A stretch of DNA of 64,000 nt from an uncultured virus (IMG/VR IMGVR_UViG_3300030294_000026) (IMGVR_UViG_3300030294_000026:1-64000), one strand, 5' to 3'. Shown: positions 40,838-51,436, numbered from the stretch's first letter. Program-made: numbers and translations. The notes: generated by a model from the sequence alone, not told the origin.

Positions 40838-42418
40838 TTGGAAAATAAGTTTGATAAAATTGGACAAGTCAATATGTCTTTTAATACTTTAAATACTGTA
40901 CCAAATGATCCTACAATAATGAAGGGAAAAGTAATAATATTTGATTTTGAAGAAAGTGGAAATCACCAAATAATAACTGAAGAAATAGCTATAGAAAATA
41001 TTCAAACTTTAGTTGGTAAAAGAATTTGTTGCAAATACATAACCAAAAGTGAAAATGATGGTATTGATGCGTTAGGTTCACATGAAGAACATGAAACTAC
41101 TGATAGACAAGGTAATGATGTAATTTATTGCGATACTGATGCTATTGGATATATAGAAAATGTATATATAGATGATTATACAGATAAAAATGAAATTACT
41201 AAAAGGGTTGTTTACGGTGACATTATATTATGGTGTGATGACCATTACGCAGACATAATTGGATTACTTCAAGAATGGCTTAATAACGGAATTGGTATTA
41301 ATATGTCAGTTGAATATTTATATTTTAATTATTTAGTTAAGGATAAAATTGAATATATTCAATCCCCAATTCTATTTACTGCTCATACTTTATTGAATAG
41401 TGAGGATAGGGGTTATGCAATTGAAGTATTGCCATCATATGATTGTGCAACATTAACAAGCTTTAATGAATTAAAAGACCAATGGAACAAAGCTGTAAAT
41501 AGTTTAAAGTCTAACAATGAGTTAGATTCTAATAAATTAAACCAAAAGGAGGATATAAAAACAATGGAAAATAAATTTTTAAAAGCCCTAAATGAGATTT
41601 CATTAGGCGATTTAAGAAGTAAAATTTTAGGACAACTAGGAGATGTAATGACTGCTAATGAATATGAATATATGTGGTTAAGCAATTATTCAATATTCCC
41701 AGAAAGTAAATATTTTATATATGAAACTTATGATAAGGAATCTGAAAAATGGGTGAATTATAAAGTTACATATGTATTAGGTGAAGATGATTCACTAACA
41801 GTAAACTATGACACTAAGGAAAAGATGGAATATCAATACACATTAGTTTCAGTAAATGAATTACAAGAACTTGAAACCTCTAAAAATGCAGTATTAGATT
41901 TAGAAACAGCTAATGCTAAGATTGAAGAATTGAATGGTGAAATCGTATCTTTAAATGAAAAAGTTGTTGAGAAATCAAATAACTCAAAAGTAGATACTGA
42001 TAAATTTAATGAATTAACAAATAAATTAGTTGCCATGAATTCTATGATAACAGAAATGCAACCAATTGTAGATCAATATAATAAAGAAGTATTTGAAAAA
42101 TCATTAAATGAAGCAACAGAATTGTATAAAATTAAATTTACTAGCGTAAATGCTCTAGATATATTTGATGAAGATTCTACACAAGAATTAATTAAAGAAT
42201 CTATTAATTCAGTAAAAGAAAAAGCTGATAAAGCCAAGTATAGTTTAAATGCTTTAATTGTTGAGAGTATTAAACCAATTGAAAAAGAGATTGATACAGA
42301 TGATATTATGTTAAATGTACCTAAAATAAGTATTAATCAAATTGTTAAATTAGAAGATAATGAAGATTTAATACCTGCAGATGACAATATCTTATCAAAA
42401 TATGGACTAAACTACTAA
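40838..42418 (+). CDS. Prohead protease/scaffold (YonD-like)
   Basis: RBS before TTG 40838; LGSHE and MSVEY protease-like motifs, acidic coiled-coil C-terminus. Confidence 0.75.
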   Translation: MENKFDKIGQVNMSFNTLNTVPNDPTIMKGKVIIFDFEESGNHQIITEEIAIENIQTLVGKRICCKYITKSENDGIDALGSHEEHETTDRQGNDVIYCDTDAIGYIENVYIDDYTDKNEITKRVVYGDIILWCDDHYADIIGLLQEWLNNGIGINMSVEYLYFNYLVKDKIEYIQSPILFTAHTLLNSEDRGYAIEVLPSYDCATLTSFNELKDQWNKAVNSLKSNNELDSNKLNQKEDIKTMENKFLKALNEISLGDLRSKILGQLGDVMTANEYEYMWLSNYSIFPESKYFIYETYDKESEKWVNYKVTYVLGEDDSLTVNYDTKEKMEYQYTLVSVNELQELETSKNAVLDLETANAKIEELNGEIVSLNEKVVEKSNNSKVDTDKFNELTNKLVAMNSMITEMQPIVDQYNKEVFEKSLNEATELYKIKFTSVNALDIFDEDSTQELIKESINSVKEKADKAKYSLNALIVESIKPIEKEIDTDDIMLNVPKISINQIVKLEDNEDLIPADDNILSKYGLNY

Positions 42419-42523
42419 AAATAAAAATTAAATATTTGTTAATTGAAATGATATATATTAATAAATATTAAATAAATTAAAAAGCAAAGAACAATAATTT
42501 TATAAATAAAGGAGACGATTTTT

Positions 42524-43045
42524 ATGGCTACAATTTTAAGAGACGCATTGTTCCTTCCTGGGAATCATTCTATAAGTGAGATAAATACAATTTGGGCTAA
42601 ACCAGTAGCAAATGGTGCTATTTTAACAGGTTCGAATATGGATAATGGAGGATTAGTAGAATTTGCAGGAAGAGATGCTAATGGAAATAGACAATGCAAA
42701 CCATTTGATGGAACAGGAGAATATTTTATATTACAAACTCATGTTGAAGACCAATTACTAATTGATATGGGTGAAACAGATTATAAAAATTTCTACAATA
42801 AAATCGGAGAACCTGTAAGATTAGTTAGAGCAGAAAAAGGAGTAAATCAAGAAGTATCAGGATATACCGTTAAAGGTGGAGTTACTCTAGCTTTAGATTT
42901 ACCTGTAATTTGGGATGCTACTAATAAAGTATTCCAAGTAATAGATGTTATAACAACTGAAACACAAATAGCAACTGTAGTTGGATTGGACACTGACTTT
43001 GGTTACAATGCTGGTGTAACAACAATTAGAATCGAATACAAATAA
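42524..43045 (+). CDS. Capsid-associated/decoration protein (YonC-like)
   Basis: Between scaffold and capsid; MDNGGLV, FYNKIGEPVR. Confidence 0.65.
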   Translation: MATILRDALFLPGNHSISEINTIWAKPVANGAILTGSNMDNGGLVEFAGRDANGNRQCKPFDGTGEYFILQTHVEDQLLIDMGETDYKNFYNKIGEPVRLVRAEKGVNQEVSGYTVKGGVTLALDLPVIWDATNKVFQVIDVITTETQIATVVGLDTDFGYNAGVTTIRIEYK

Positions 43046-43079
43046 TAAATAAATTATAAAAAGAAAGGATGATAATAAA

Positions 43080-44141
43080 ATGGAATTAAATAAAGAATTC
43101 TTACAATTAGGTAAAAGAGTATATAACAATAAAACATCAGTAAACGAAGAAGGAGTAAATGAGGATGAAAATGTAATAATTGAATTAGTTAATAAAGCTT
43201 ATAATTCAAATGCTACTATAAACAACATTCAAGCTTATAGAGATCTAAATCAATTAATCGTGACTACTGCTGAACAATTACAAGTAGTGGATAGACAAAG
43301 ATATATCGACCTAGTTTCTGATTATAAAAAAGTAGGGACTAATGATATAATGCAATATAATGTAGCAGATAAAGTAGCCAAGGTTACTACTGCTGTAACA
43401 GCAACTGGTACAGGAGTTAATTTTACTAAAGTACCTTCTTTTACAAGCAAAGTTTATGCTACTCCATTTAAACACCAATTCGGTATTAAGTATTCTGTTT
43501 CAGATATGCTTTCAAATCCAATTAACCAATTTAGAAATGCTGTAAATTTAGTTAATGAAGAAAAGACTAGATATATATTATCACAAATATTCGTTGCAGT
43601 AAGAGAAGCTTCTGCAAATGCTAAAATTCCTACAAAACAAAAAAGTACAGTGGCAAATATTACTTTTGCTGGATTCAAAGGAATTGAAAGTTCTCTATTA
43701 AGATATGGTAGAAATGTTAAACCTGTTATGATAGCTGATACTGCTTTTATAAGTGCTTTAGCAGATAAACAAGCTAGTGTATCTGTAACTGGAATGACTA
43801 ATGTACCTTTATATTTAACAGACGCTATGAAGGAATCATTATTAAGAGATGCTACAATAGAACAAATTTCTAAAACACTTGCTATTTCTATAGATAATCC
43901 TTACACAGATAACATGAATTCAAAAGTAGATTTACCAGTTGATGAAGCAATTTTGATTGCTGGAGGTTCTGCTAGTCCATTAAAAGTTACAGAATTTGGA
44001 GATATGGCTTTACTTTCAGATACTATGCAAGAACATATCGAAAATGAAGAAGTATTTATGAAAATATCTTATAAAGTAGATATAACTTTATTATTAAATA
44101 GAGCTATTGGTTACATAAAAGATACTTCTGTAGTTCTTTAA
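43080..44141 (+). CDS. Major capsid protein (YonB-like)
   Basis: 353 aa, highly expressed codon style, position, followed by terminator. Confidence 0.75.
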   Translation: MELNKEFLQLGKRVYNNKTSVNEEGVNEDENVIIELVNKAYNSNATINNIQAYRDLNQLIVTTAEQLQVVDRQRYIDLVSDYKKVGTNDIMQYNVADKVAKVTTAVTATGTGVNFTKVPSFTSKVYATPFKHQFGIKYSVSDMLSNPINQFRNAVNLVNEEKTRYILSQIFVAVREASANAKIPTKQKSTVANITFAGFKGIESSLLRYGRNVKPVMIADTAFISALADKQASVSVTGMTNVPLYLTDAMKESLLRDATIEQISKTLAISIDNPYTDNMNSKVDLPVDEAILIAGGSASPLKVTEFGDMALLSDTMQEHIENEEVFMKISYKVDITLLLNRAIGYIKDTSVVL

Positions 44142-44150
44142 TCAATATAA

Positions 44151-44182
44151 TTAGGACTTCTTTAATTAGAAGTCCTTTATTT
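44151..44182 (+). terminator. Intrinsic terminator after capsid gene
   Basis: AGGACTTCT..AGAAGTCCT plus T-tract. Confidence 0.75.
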
Positions 44183-44213
44183 TAATAATTTATAAATTAA
44201 GGAGAGAAAAATA

Positions 44214-44756
44214 ATGAGTAAAAATACAGTAACATTAGTAAGAAAACAATCTGATACATTTGAGGTAAATTACCCTTTTGCATTACCCGATGGGAAATTA
44301 ACACATTTTGATTGGACGGGAACTAAAGGTAGTATTATAAGTAGAAGAGATGTTCCAGTAGAAGTATTTCAATGGTTAAAAGATAGTACAACTACTTTTA
44401 CATCAGGACAATTAATGGTTGAAGAACAAGGTAATGAAGATTTAGAAGAAGATGTTAAATATTTAGTAGAAGATGTTGAAGAAAAACAATTAGAAATAAA
44501 AGATGCTATAAAAACTAGAGATGAAATACAAGCAATGTTAACAACAGGAAATCAACTTGTATTAAAAAAAGCTTTAAATGATTTAGTCAAAGATATTACA
44601 GATGAAATACAAGTAAAAGAAGTAAAAGCTTATATATATAGAACTGCAATTGATATCGGTATAGATTCCAATGCAAAAAGAAAAGTAGTTTGTGAATGGT
44701 ATGGATTATCAGATTATGAAAATTGTGGTTATATTTTTGATGAAGAAACTAAATAA
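44214..44756 (+). CDS. Head morphogenesis protein (YonA-like)
   Basis: Position; WTGTKG..VPVEVFQWL. Confidence 0.6.
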   Translation: MSKNTVTLVRKQSDTFEVNYPFALPDGKLTHFDWTGTKGSIISRRDVPVEVFQWLKDSTTTFTSGQLMVEEQGNEDLEEDVKYLVEDVEEKQLEIKDAIKTRDEIQAMLTTGNQLVLKKALNDLVKDITDEIQVKEVKAYIYRTAIDIGIDSNAKRKVVCEWYGLSDYENCGYIFDEETK

Positions 44757-44887
44757 AATATAGAAAGGTGTGATATTATAATGACTGTTACAGATTATCA
44801 GATTATGAAAATTGTGGTTATATTTTTGATGAAGAAACTAAATAAAATATAGAAAGGTGTGATATTATAATGACTGTTACAGATTAT
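44704..44887 (+). repeat. Perfect 89-bp tandem duplication across a gene junction
   Basis: 44704-44792 repeated at 44793-44881, GATTAT microhomology at ends. Confidence 0.95.
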
Positions 44888-45283
44888 GATACTATATGGG
44901 AAACCTTTCGAGATATCTCAGGATTAGATGACGAATTACTACCTTCTGATAGCCAAGGAATATATATAGAAATTCATAATGCAGTAAGAAAATATAATAT
45001 CAAAACCGATGATCGTGAAGAAAAGTTAACCTATATAGATTCAGCAGAAACTATAAGTAGGTTGTTAGATGATAATAGATTAGAATTACTTGCATTATTT
45101 ATTAAACAAAATATATTAGAAAGTAAATTGGAATACTTCGAGCAAATATATCAATATGATTTGAAAGAAGTTAAAAGTAAATTCTTCAAAGATCAAGTTT
45201 CTACTAGACAATCCACTATTGAAAAAGTAGAAAAAGATATACTAGAAAGACTGAGTTACATGGATACTCATGATTTAAATTAA
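44870..45283 (+). CDS. Putative head-tail adaptor
   Basis: Position, size, helical; TDYDTIWETF. Confidence 0.6.
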   Translation: MTVTDYDTIWETFRDISGLDDELLPSDSQGIYIEIHNAVRKYNIKTDDREEKLTYIDSAETISRLLDDNRLELLALFIKQNILESKLEYFEQIYQYDLKEVKSKFFKDQVSTRQSTIEKVEKDILERLSYMDTHDLN

Positions 45284-46551
45284 TGAAAGATTACAGTAAC
45301 TATAAAAAACATGTTCAAATTGATATGAAGGATTATAGTGGTAAATTCCATTTCAATGAACAATTAAAACAAGAAGGCACTGATATAAAAATAAATGGGA
45401 AAAGTACACAATTAATTAATGGAGAAGAAAAGGTAATCAGAGCAATAGTTAGAAACTCAGGCGTAGAAAACAAAGAGGCTAATGAGGAACGTTCAATAAT
45501 GATTGGAAAAGAATATGCTTATAAATATGGTGACTATGTAGAATATTTAGAGGATATTTATTTAACAAATGTTTCAGTAGATAAAGATAATCCATTTTTT
45601 AATACTGCAAAAATGAAAAGAACTAACCATCTATTCAAATGGATATATAAAGGTGTTGTATACTCTGCTTATGGCATAGGTACTAATCAAACTAAATATA
45701 CGTTAGGAACTAGTAATTTAGTTGTTGGAATCACTGAGAGTGACTCACGTTATTCAATTGACTTCCCAAATAATGTTAATTGTAAAACAATAAAAGTAGG
45801 GCAAAGATTTATATTTAATGATGGAGCATGGAAGGTAACTCAAATAGAATATGTAAGTAGCCAAGACGCTATTCGTTCTATTCTACTAGGACAAGATAGT
45901 ATTAATTATGAAATTGATGATACAGAACATGAAATTGCAGGAGCATATGAAAATAAACATACTTATACATATGATATTCCTACAAGTTTTGAAGTTGCTA
46001 ACGGAAGTGAATATACTATAAATTATAGCGTTAAAGATGAATCAGGTAAAGACTTTGATTATAGTTTAGTAAATGTTACAACTACTAACAACACATTGGT
46101 TCAAGTAACTAATACTAACGGTGTAATATCTATAAAAGGTTTATCTGTTGGAGCAGGTAGTATTAAACTTTCAGTACCTATTGGTTCAAGTAGCCAAGAT
46201 TTTGACATCTCATTTGAAGTAAAAGATATTGTAGTAGATAAGATCGAATATAAATATGATTTCAAACAAGGAACTACAATAAAACAATACGTTACAAATT
46301 TAGTCACAATAACTAAATTAAACAAAGGTATTAAAGATGATACATTAAAAATAAATTATAGTTTTGACAATAATACACAGATTTTAATTAATGCTAAAAA
46401 GATTATTATTACCGATATCAACAATTCAAGTTTCAATATCAAAAATGCTTTAGTTAGTACTAAAACTATTATTTATCTTACTGTTAATGATATAGGCACA
46501 GGAACTAAGATATTAGATAACTTCCCATTGACTTTAATTACTGGTATATAA
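45283..46551 (+). CDS. Putative head-closure protein with C-terminal Ig-like domains
   Basis: YGDYVEY, IKVGQRFIF..WKVTQI; beta-rich VISIKGLSVGAGSIKLS. Confidence 0.6.
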   Translation: MKDYSNYKKHVQIDMKDYSGKFHFNEQLKQEGTDIKINGKSTQLINGEEKVIRAIVRNSGVENKEANEERSIMIGKEYAYKYGDYVEYLEDIYLTNVSVDKDNPFFNTAKMKRTNHLFKWIYKGVVYSAYGIGTNQTKYTLGTSNLVVGITESDSRYSIDFPNNVNCKTIKVGQRFIFNDGAWKVTQIEYVSSQDAIRSILLGQDSINYEIDDTEHEIAGAYENKHTYTYDIPTSFEVANGSEYTINYSVKDESGKDFDYSLVNVTTTNNTLVQVTNTNGVISIKGLSVGAGSIKLSVPIGSSSQDFDISFEVKDIVVDKIEYKYDFKQGTTIKQYVTNLVTITKLNKGIKDDTLKINYSFDNNTQILINAKKIIITDINNSSFNIKNALVSTKTIIYLTVNDIGTGTKILDNFPLTLITGI

Positions 46552-46588
46552 ACAAAATATAAAACTTATAAATGGAGGTGATGGATAA

Positions 46589-47158
46589 ATGAGTTCGTTG
46601 GATAGTTTTAAAGTGTTTAAAGATTATATTAAAAGGTTTGTACTTGAAGACCAAGAATTACAAAAACTCATCTACTATCCTTATAGTACTTGCTTAGATG
46701 AAAATAACTTAGCAAATCCATTTGATATATTTTCAGAAGAAACTGCAACAGATAATGAAAATGGGGTACATGGGGTGCTATTGTTTAAAAGACAATCTGA
46801 TATTGTTATGAATGCAGAAATGCCATTGGTTCTAGTGTCGTTTGAGAATGCAAAGAAGAGTAAAGAGTTTTCAAACATTTATATAATTTTCAAAATTATT
46901 TGTAAAGGTAATAATATACAGGAATTAGAAAATGGAGATTCTAGAATTTATAGTATTCAAAGAAAAATAAACGATAATTTTGCTATGGCAAATGTAAATG
47001 GATTAGGACAAGTTGAAGAAAACTCATTCAAAGAACTTTCTATAAACTCTAATAATGATGCCATGCTCTTAATGTATAAGGCATATTCATTCAATTCAAA
47101 CATATCAACTAATAAAAACTTTAAGAAAAGAATGTTTGGTGACAATTATGCAAATTGA
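46589..47158 (+). CDS. Putative tail terminator/completion protein
   Basis: Position; LQKLIYY. Confidence 0.5.
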   Translation: MSSLDSFKVFKDYIKRFVLEDQELQKLIYYPYSTCLDENNLANPFDIFSEETATDNENGVHGVLLFKRQSDIVMNAEMPLVLVSFENAKKSKEFSNIYIIFKIICKGNNIQELENGDSRIYSIQRKINDNFAMANVNGLGQVEENSFKELSINSNNDAMLLMYKAYSFNSNISTNKNFKKRMFGDNYAN

Positions 47159-47969
47159 TGATTTAGAATATAGGTTGATTAGGTCGTTAAATATTCCTTA
47201 TATGAGAGTCAAAATTAGACAACCTCGTTTAAGTGATATAGATGATGAGAGTGTAGGTTTATTAAGATATTCAAGCTATAAATCTTTATTTACTCTTAGA
47301 AAAGAGCATTTAAATATGAATGAAGAATTAATTGATATAACTAAAGACAATAGTTTTTTTGAAACTTTATTTATAATAGACGATTATTATATGAAGCAGG
47401 GTTTGATTGATAGAGTTCCATTTATTGATATGTTAATAATGTCGTTAATCTTCTTTTTAGATGTGAATGTTGATACTGATAAAATAAGTAAAAACGTTAG
47501 AGAGAAATATATTGGTATATTTAATGAACAAGAACAACCGATATTTATATTGAGCAATGATAATTTTGAAGAATTTAGTGAATTAATTAGAATTATTTGT
47601 TGTTGTAATATGATTGAGGTTGAAAGTGATAAGCCTAAAAATCCCTATAAAAATGAAAGTCTAAGAAGAAAATTTGAAAAAATACAAAGACAAAATGCAG
47701 AAGTAGAAGCAAAGAAGAGAAAAGAGAATGAAATAACTATTGCTGATATGATTGGCTTAATAGGAATTAATGAAATAACAAAATATAAATTAAATCAAGA
47801 TATGGATAATTTGACTATATGGCAATTAAATTATATTTACAATGGAATGTTTGTTAGAGAAAGTAATGAGTTCACAAAAATGCAATTTTGTAGTTATAAA
47901 TTTTCTTTTGAAAAAACACCATCATTTAATTGGATAAAAGAGACAAAAGTTAAATTACCTGAAAAGTAA
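47136..47969 (+). CDS. Conserved tail-region protein
   Basis: IRQPRLSDI, LTIWQL; start likely ATG 47148. Confidence 0.6.
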   Translation: MVTIMQIDDLEYRLIRSLNIPYMRVKIRQPRLSDIDDESVGLLRYSSYKSLFTLRKEHLNMNEELIDITKDNSFFETLFIIDDYYMKQGLIDRVPFIDMLIMSLIFFLDVNVDTDKISKNVREKYIGIFNEQEQPIFILSNDNFEEFSELIRIICCCNMIEVESDKPKNPYKNESLRRKFEKIQRQNAEVEAKKRKENEITIADMIGLIGINEITKYKLNQDMDNLTIWQLNYIYNGMFVRESNEFTKMQFCSYKFSFEKTPSFNWIKETKVKLPEK

Positions 47970-48062
47970 CAAAATAAAGCAAATGATTTAGTTCTTACAA
48001 ATGTGTAAGGGCTTTTTTATTATATACAAAATTAAACAAAAATAAAAAGGAGGAATTTTATT

Positions 48063-49166
48063 ATGATAGCAAATTCAAATTTACTTGGTAGAATGGCAAT
48101 TATAGGTGGTGCAGACGCATACATATATAGTGCTAAAACAAAAGCATTAGAAACAATTTTTGAAAATTGCAATAATTTAGAATTAACAGCAAAGGGGGAT
48201 AAAGTAGACATCAAAGAAAAAGGTGCTATAGTTATGTCTGTAGCAAAACCAATGTCTTGTACATTAAAATTCACAGCAGAAACAACTTCTTTTGATAAGG
48301 TTGCTATGGCATTAGGTAGTGCTGGATTTACAAAAACTACAACACTTGATACTTATCAAAAAAATGAAATGTTTAGAGTTACAGATACTGCTTCAATGGT
48401 GTTTAATTTAAAAGGAGTTGCAGAAACTCTAGATAATGTGGTTAATGTACATTTAGTTACTGAAGATGGAGAAAAAGCAAAAGTATTAGCATTTACATTA
48501 GATACTACAAAGAGAATAGTTACAGTAACAGCAGACTCAGATATTGCAGTAGGAGACTACATACGAATCAATTACAATTCTGTTGTTGCAAGTGGTAAAA
48601 TGTATCAATTTAAAGTACCAAGTAAAAGTAACACAGACGCAAAGAGAGTTGTTATAGATGCAATTGGATTAAGAAAATTAGACAAATCTCAAATATTAAT
48701 GCAATTTGAATTCTATAAAGTTGCAGTTGAAGAAGGTATTACATTGTCATTTGATGGAGAAAAAGCTACATCATTTGATATAAGTATGACTGTTTTAGCT
48801 GATAATACAAAATTAACAGATATAGAAGGAAGTCAATTCTTTAGACAAATGGTATTAACAGATGATGCTAATGCTATTTCTAATTTAGCAGGAACTTCAT
48901 CTGTTGCAGGTAAAGTAGCATTAACATTTAATGCACCAACAGGGGCAACATCTGTTGATTTACAATATAAACTTTCAAGTGGTTCAACTTGGGCTTCAGT
49001 AGCTACTAGTGGAACAACTGGAGTTTATATAAGTGGAGCTTTAACTAGTGTATCAACAGGAACTACAGTTAATGGATTAACAACAACAAGTCCATATGAC
49101 TTTAAAGTAATTGTTACTGATGGTTCTTATGAAGGAACTTCAAATATCATAACAGTTACGCCCTAA
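48063..49166 (+). CDS. Major tail (tube) protein with C-terminal FN3/Ig-like domain
   Basis: AGGAGG RBS, beta-rich tube-like pattern, ISNLAG..YDFKVIV FN3-like end; ends CCC TAA. Confidence 0.75.
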   Translation: MIANSNLLGRMAIIGGADAYIYSAKTKALETIFENCNNLELTAKGDKVDIKEKGAIVMSVAKPMSCTLKFTAETTSFDKVAMALGSAGFTKTTTLDTYQKNEMFRVTDTASMVFNLKGVAETLDNVVNVHLVTEDGEKAKVLAFTLDTTKRIVTVTADSDIAVGDYIRINYNSVVASGKMYQFKVPSKSNTDAKRVVIDAIGLRKLDKSQILMQFEFYKVAVEEGITLSFDGEKATSFDISMTVLADNTKLTDIEGSQFFRQMVLTDDANAISNLAGTSSVAGKVALTFNAPTGATSVDLQYKLSSGSTWASVATSGTTGVYISGALTSVSTGTTVNGLTTTSPYDFKVIVTDGSYEGTSNIITVTP

Positions 49167-49224
49167 TGGAGCTAGTTCTTCACGAATTGGGACTGGCGAA
49201 ATAGGTTTTGCAATCGTAGGATAA
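49161..49224 (+). other. +1 programmed frameshift site CCC-TAA and 19-aa extension
   Basis: +1 frame reads NGASSSRIGTGEIGFAIVG*. Confidence 0.7.
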
Positions 49225-49313
49225 AATATAATATTAAGAATGGACATCTATACGGTGTCCATCTATTAGTATTATAGAGAATTAATAAATTAAACCTAAA
49301 GGAGAATAAAACA

Positions 49314-49766
49314 ATGGCAGATTTTGATAGTATAGAGTCATTTATACGAGAAGCTAAAAAACAAATAGAAAATACAATGAAAAAGGAGATGTTACCTGCA
49401 TTAAAAGAAAAGGCACAGGAGATAGTAATAACAAAAATTTACTCTGCTTATACACCTAAAATTTATGAAAGAACAAACGAATTAATTGAAGCATTTGAAA
49501 TAGAATGCAAATGGGAAGGAGATACTTGTTGGGGTATATTAAAAGTAAAAGAAGACTTACATAGTGATAACCCAACATGGAAAGGTCAAATATATCCACT
49601 AGATGAAATCATAAATTATTACTTTGCTGAAGGACATGGATGGGGTGAAGGAACTAATAGACCAGCAGTTGATACTTTAGCATTGACCAATGAAGAAATG
49701 ATTGAAACGGGAGAAGCATTAAGAATAATATATGATGAGTTAAAGAAACATTTCGATATTATATGA
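49314..49766 (+). CDS. Putative neck/tail-completion protein
   Basis: IYSAYTPKIYERTNEL, RPA motif reminiscent of HK97 gp10-like proteins. Confidence 0.55.
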   Translation: MADFDSIESFIREAKKQIENTMKKEMLPALKEKAQEIVITKIYSAYTPKIYERTNELIEAFEIECKWEGDTCWGILKVKEDLHSDNPTWKGQIYPLDEIINYYFAEGHGWGEGTNRPAVDTLALTNEEMIETGEALRIIYDELKKHFDII

Positions 49767-49865
49767 AATAACATAAATTGTTCATTTTAAAAGAAATATT
49801 AATCTATATATTGTAGTGTTAATGGAGATGATACTACAATATATAGTGTGTGAAAATAAAATAAT

Positions 49866-49945
49866 AAATTAATATATAAAGTGTTGACAAGAATTTAAAT
49901 TGGTATTATAGTATAAACATACCAATTAATAAATTAATGTATAAA
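49866..49945 (+). promoter_or_regulatory. Sigma-A promoter flanked by two AAATTAATRTATAAA boxes
   Basis: Boxes 49866 and 49931, TTGACA 49884, TATAGT 49907. Confidence 0.65.
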
Positions 49946-50141
49946 ACAACAGTAGATATATACGTATTTTTTAATGATGTTCTCCGACATCAAAATTTAT
50001 TTAATGTATGTATGAGTAATTTATGACTAAGGGTAGCTCCCTTAGTCGGATTATTCTAATTAAATAAACAATGGGGAATATGATTAAAATGTATGTGAAA
50101 ATACATACATTAAATAAATTATTAAAGGAGATGTTTCAAAA

Positions 50142-51077
50142 ATGGAACAAAACAAAATTATTAAATTATTTACAGAAGGAAAGGTACAAGTAAAAGAAAG
50201 AAAGTTCACCCGTTTATTAGGAGGGTTTTCTGAGACAAGCCCGATTGTTACAACAAAACAAATTGCAGAACTTTTAGGAAAAGAAATTAAACATGTAAAT
50301 GAAAGGATCAATGCAAATATTGAACATTTTGAAGATGTACATATTCTAGATTTAAAAGTAGTCGACCAAACCGACTACAATTTAGAAGCTCTGAAAACAC
50401 TAGGTTATACTAATATGCAGATATCAAAAGCCAATAATATTTATATTCTTTCAGAATCGGGATTTTTATTATATTTAAAATTTGCAGAAGGCGAAAAAGC
50501 AGTAGAAATATATAAAGAATTCTTAGAGGATTATTTTAAAATTAAGGCAGAAAATAAAATTTTAAAAGCAACTTTAAAAGAACAAATTTCTCAATTAAGA
50601 GATACATATTATGTTACTTTCGGAAAAGGAATTGCAACTGGTGATACAGAACTATTAATGAAGTCTCAACAAATTAACAATCAAATAATAGAATTAGAAA
50701 AACAATTAACTGAAGAATTAACTATAGAAAAGTATAAAGTATATGAAGATAAATATAATCAATTTATGGATAATGATGGTTGTTTCACTTTTGAAAATGC
50801 TAGTAAAATACTTAGTACAACCGCAAATAATAATGGATTAAAAGTAAAATTAAATAAAATATCACTACCTAAAATGCTAAGAGAAAAATGTATTATATCA
50901 AAAGATAAGAGTGGAGATAGTTATAGAAATTTACCTAATAGTGGATATGAAGAATATTTTAATGTTACTACTCGTAATTATACTACTCCTGCTGGTGAAA
51001 ATAAGTCTAAAACACAATCAACAATTACAACTAAAGGATTAGATTTTATTTATGGGATATTAAAAGAAGCTAATTAG
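50142..51077 (+). CDS. Phage antirepressor-like protein (ORF6N-like + KilAC/ANT-like)
   Basis: VTTKQIAELL..INANIEHF..YILSESGF; C-terminal QSTITTKGLDFIY. Confidence 0.8.
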   Translation: MEQNKIIKLFTEGKVQVKERKFTRLLGGFSETSPIVTTKQIAELLGKEIKHVNERINANIEHFEDVHILDLKVVDQTDYNLEALKTLGYTNMQISKANNIYILSESGFLLYLKFAEGEKAVEIYKEFLEDYFKIKAENKILKATLKEQISQLRDTYYVTFGKGIATGDTELLMKSQQINNQIIELEKQLTEELTIEKYKVYEDKYNQFMDNDGCFTFENASKILSTTANNNGLKVKLNKISLPKMLREKCIISKDKSGDSYRNLPNSGYEEYFNVTTRNYTTPAGENKSKTQSTITTKGLDFIYGILKEAN

Positions 51078-51207
51078 TAACAAATTAATAGAAATAAAAC
51101 TAAACAAATGACAATATAGAAATGGACTGAAATAACGATGAGTAAACTTAGAAGACTTTAGAAATTATTGAATTAATTCTAAAGTGTTCATTTTTAAATT
51201 AAACTAT

Positions 51208-51318
51208 TGACAGATAATAGTAAAAGAGTATAATAGTAATTGTAAAGAAGTTAAAAACAAAATTATATAAATGTTTCATGCGATAAGATGCTTAGTTCCA
51301 GTAAGTATCTTATTTTTT
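51208..51318 (+). ncRNA. Putative short sRNA unit (promoter to terminator, no ORF)
   Basis: TTGACA-18-TATAAT then ATAAGATGCTTA..TAAGTATCTTAT T6, convergent with 51437 peptide gene. Confidence 0.45.
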
Positions 51319-51436
51319 ATATGTAAAAAGAACTTTCTATATTGCTTCATTACCATCTCACATGAGTTCCAGTCACGCTTTTTAATTACACAATATTTAC
51401 TCGTTCTTATTTCCAACTATTAAATTTTTCGATTAG

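Noticed and set aside
50025..50047. GACTAAGGG-TAGCT-CCCTTAGTC hairpin as a fourth copy of the nuclease leader
   Set aside because: P2-like loop only; no enclosing P1, P3 or duplicated target found
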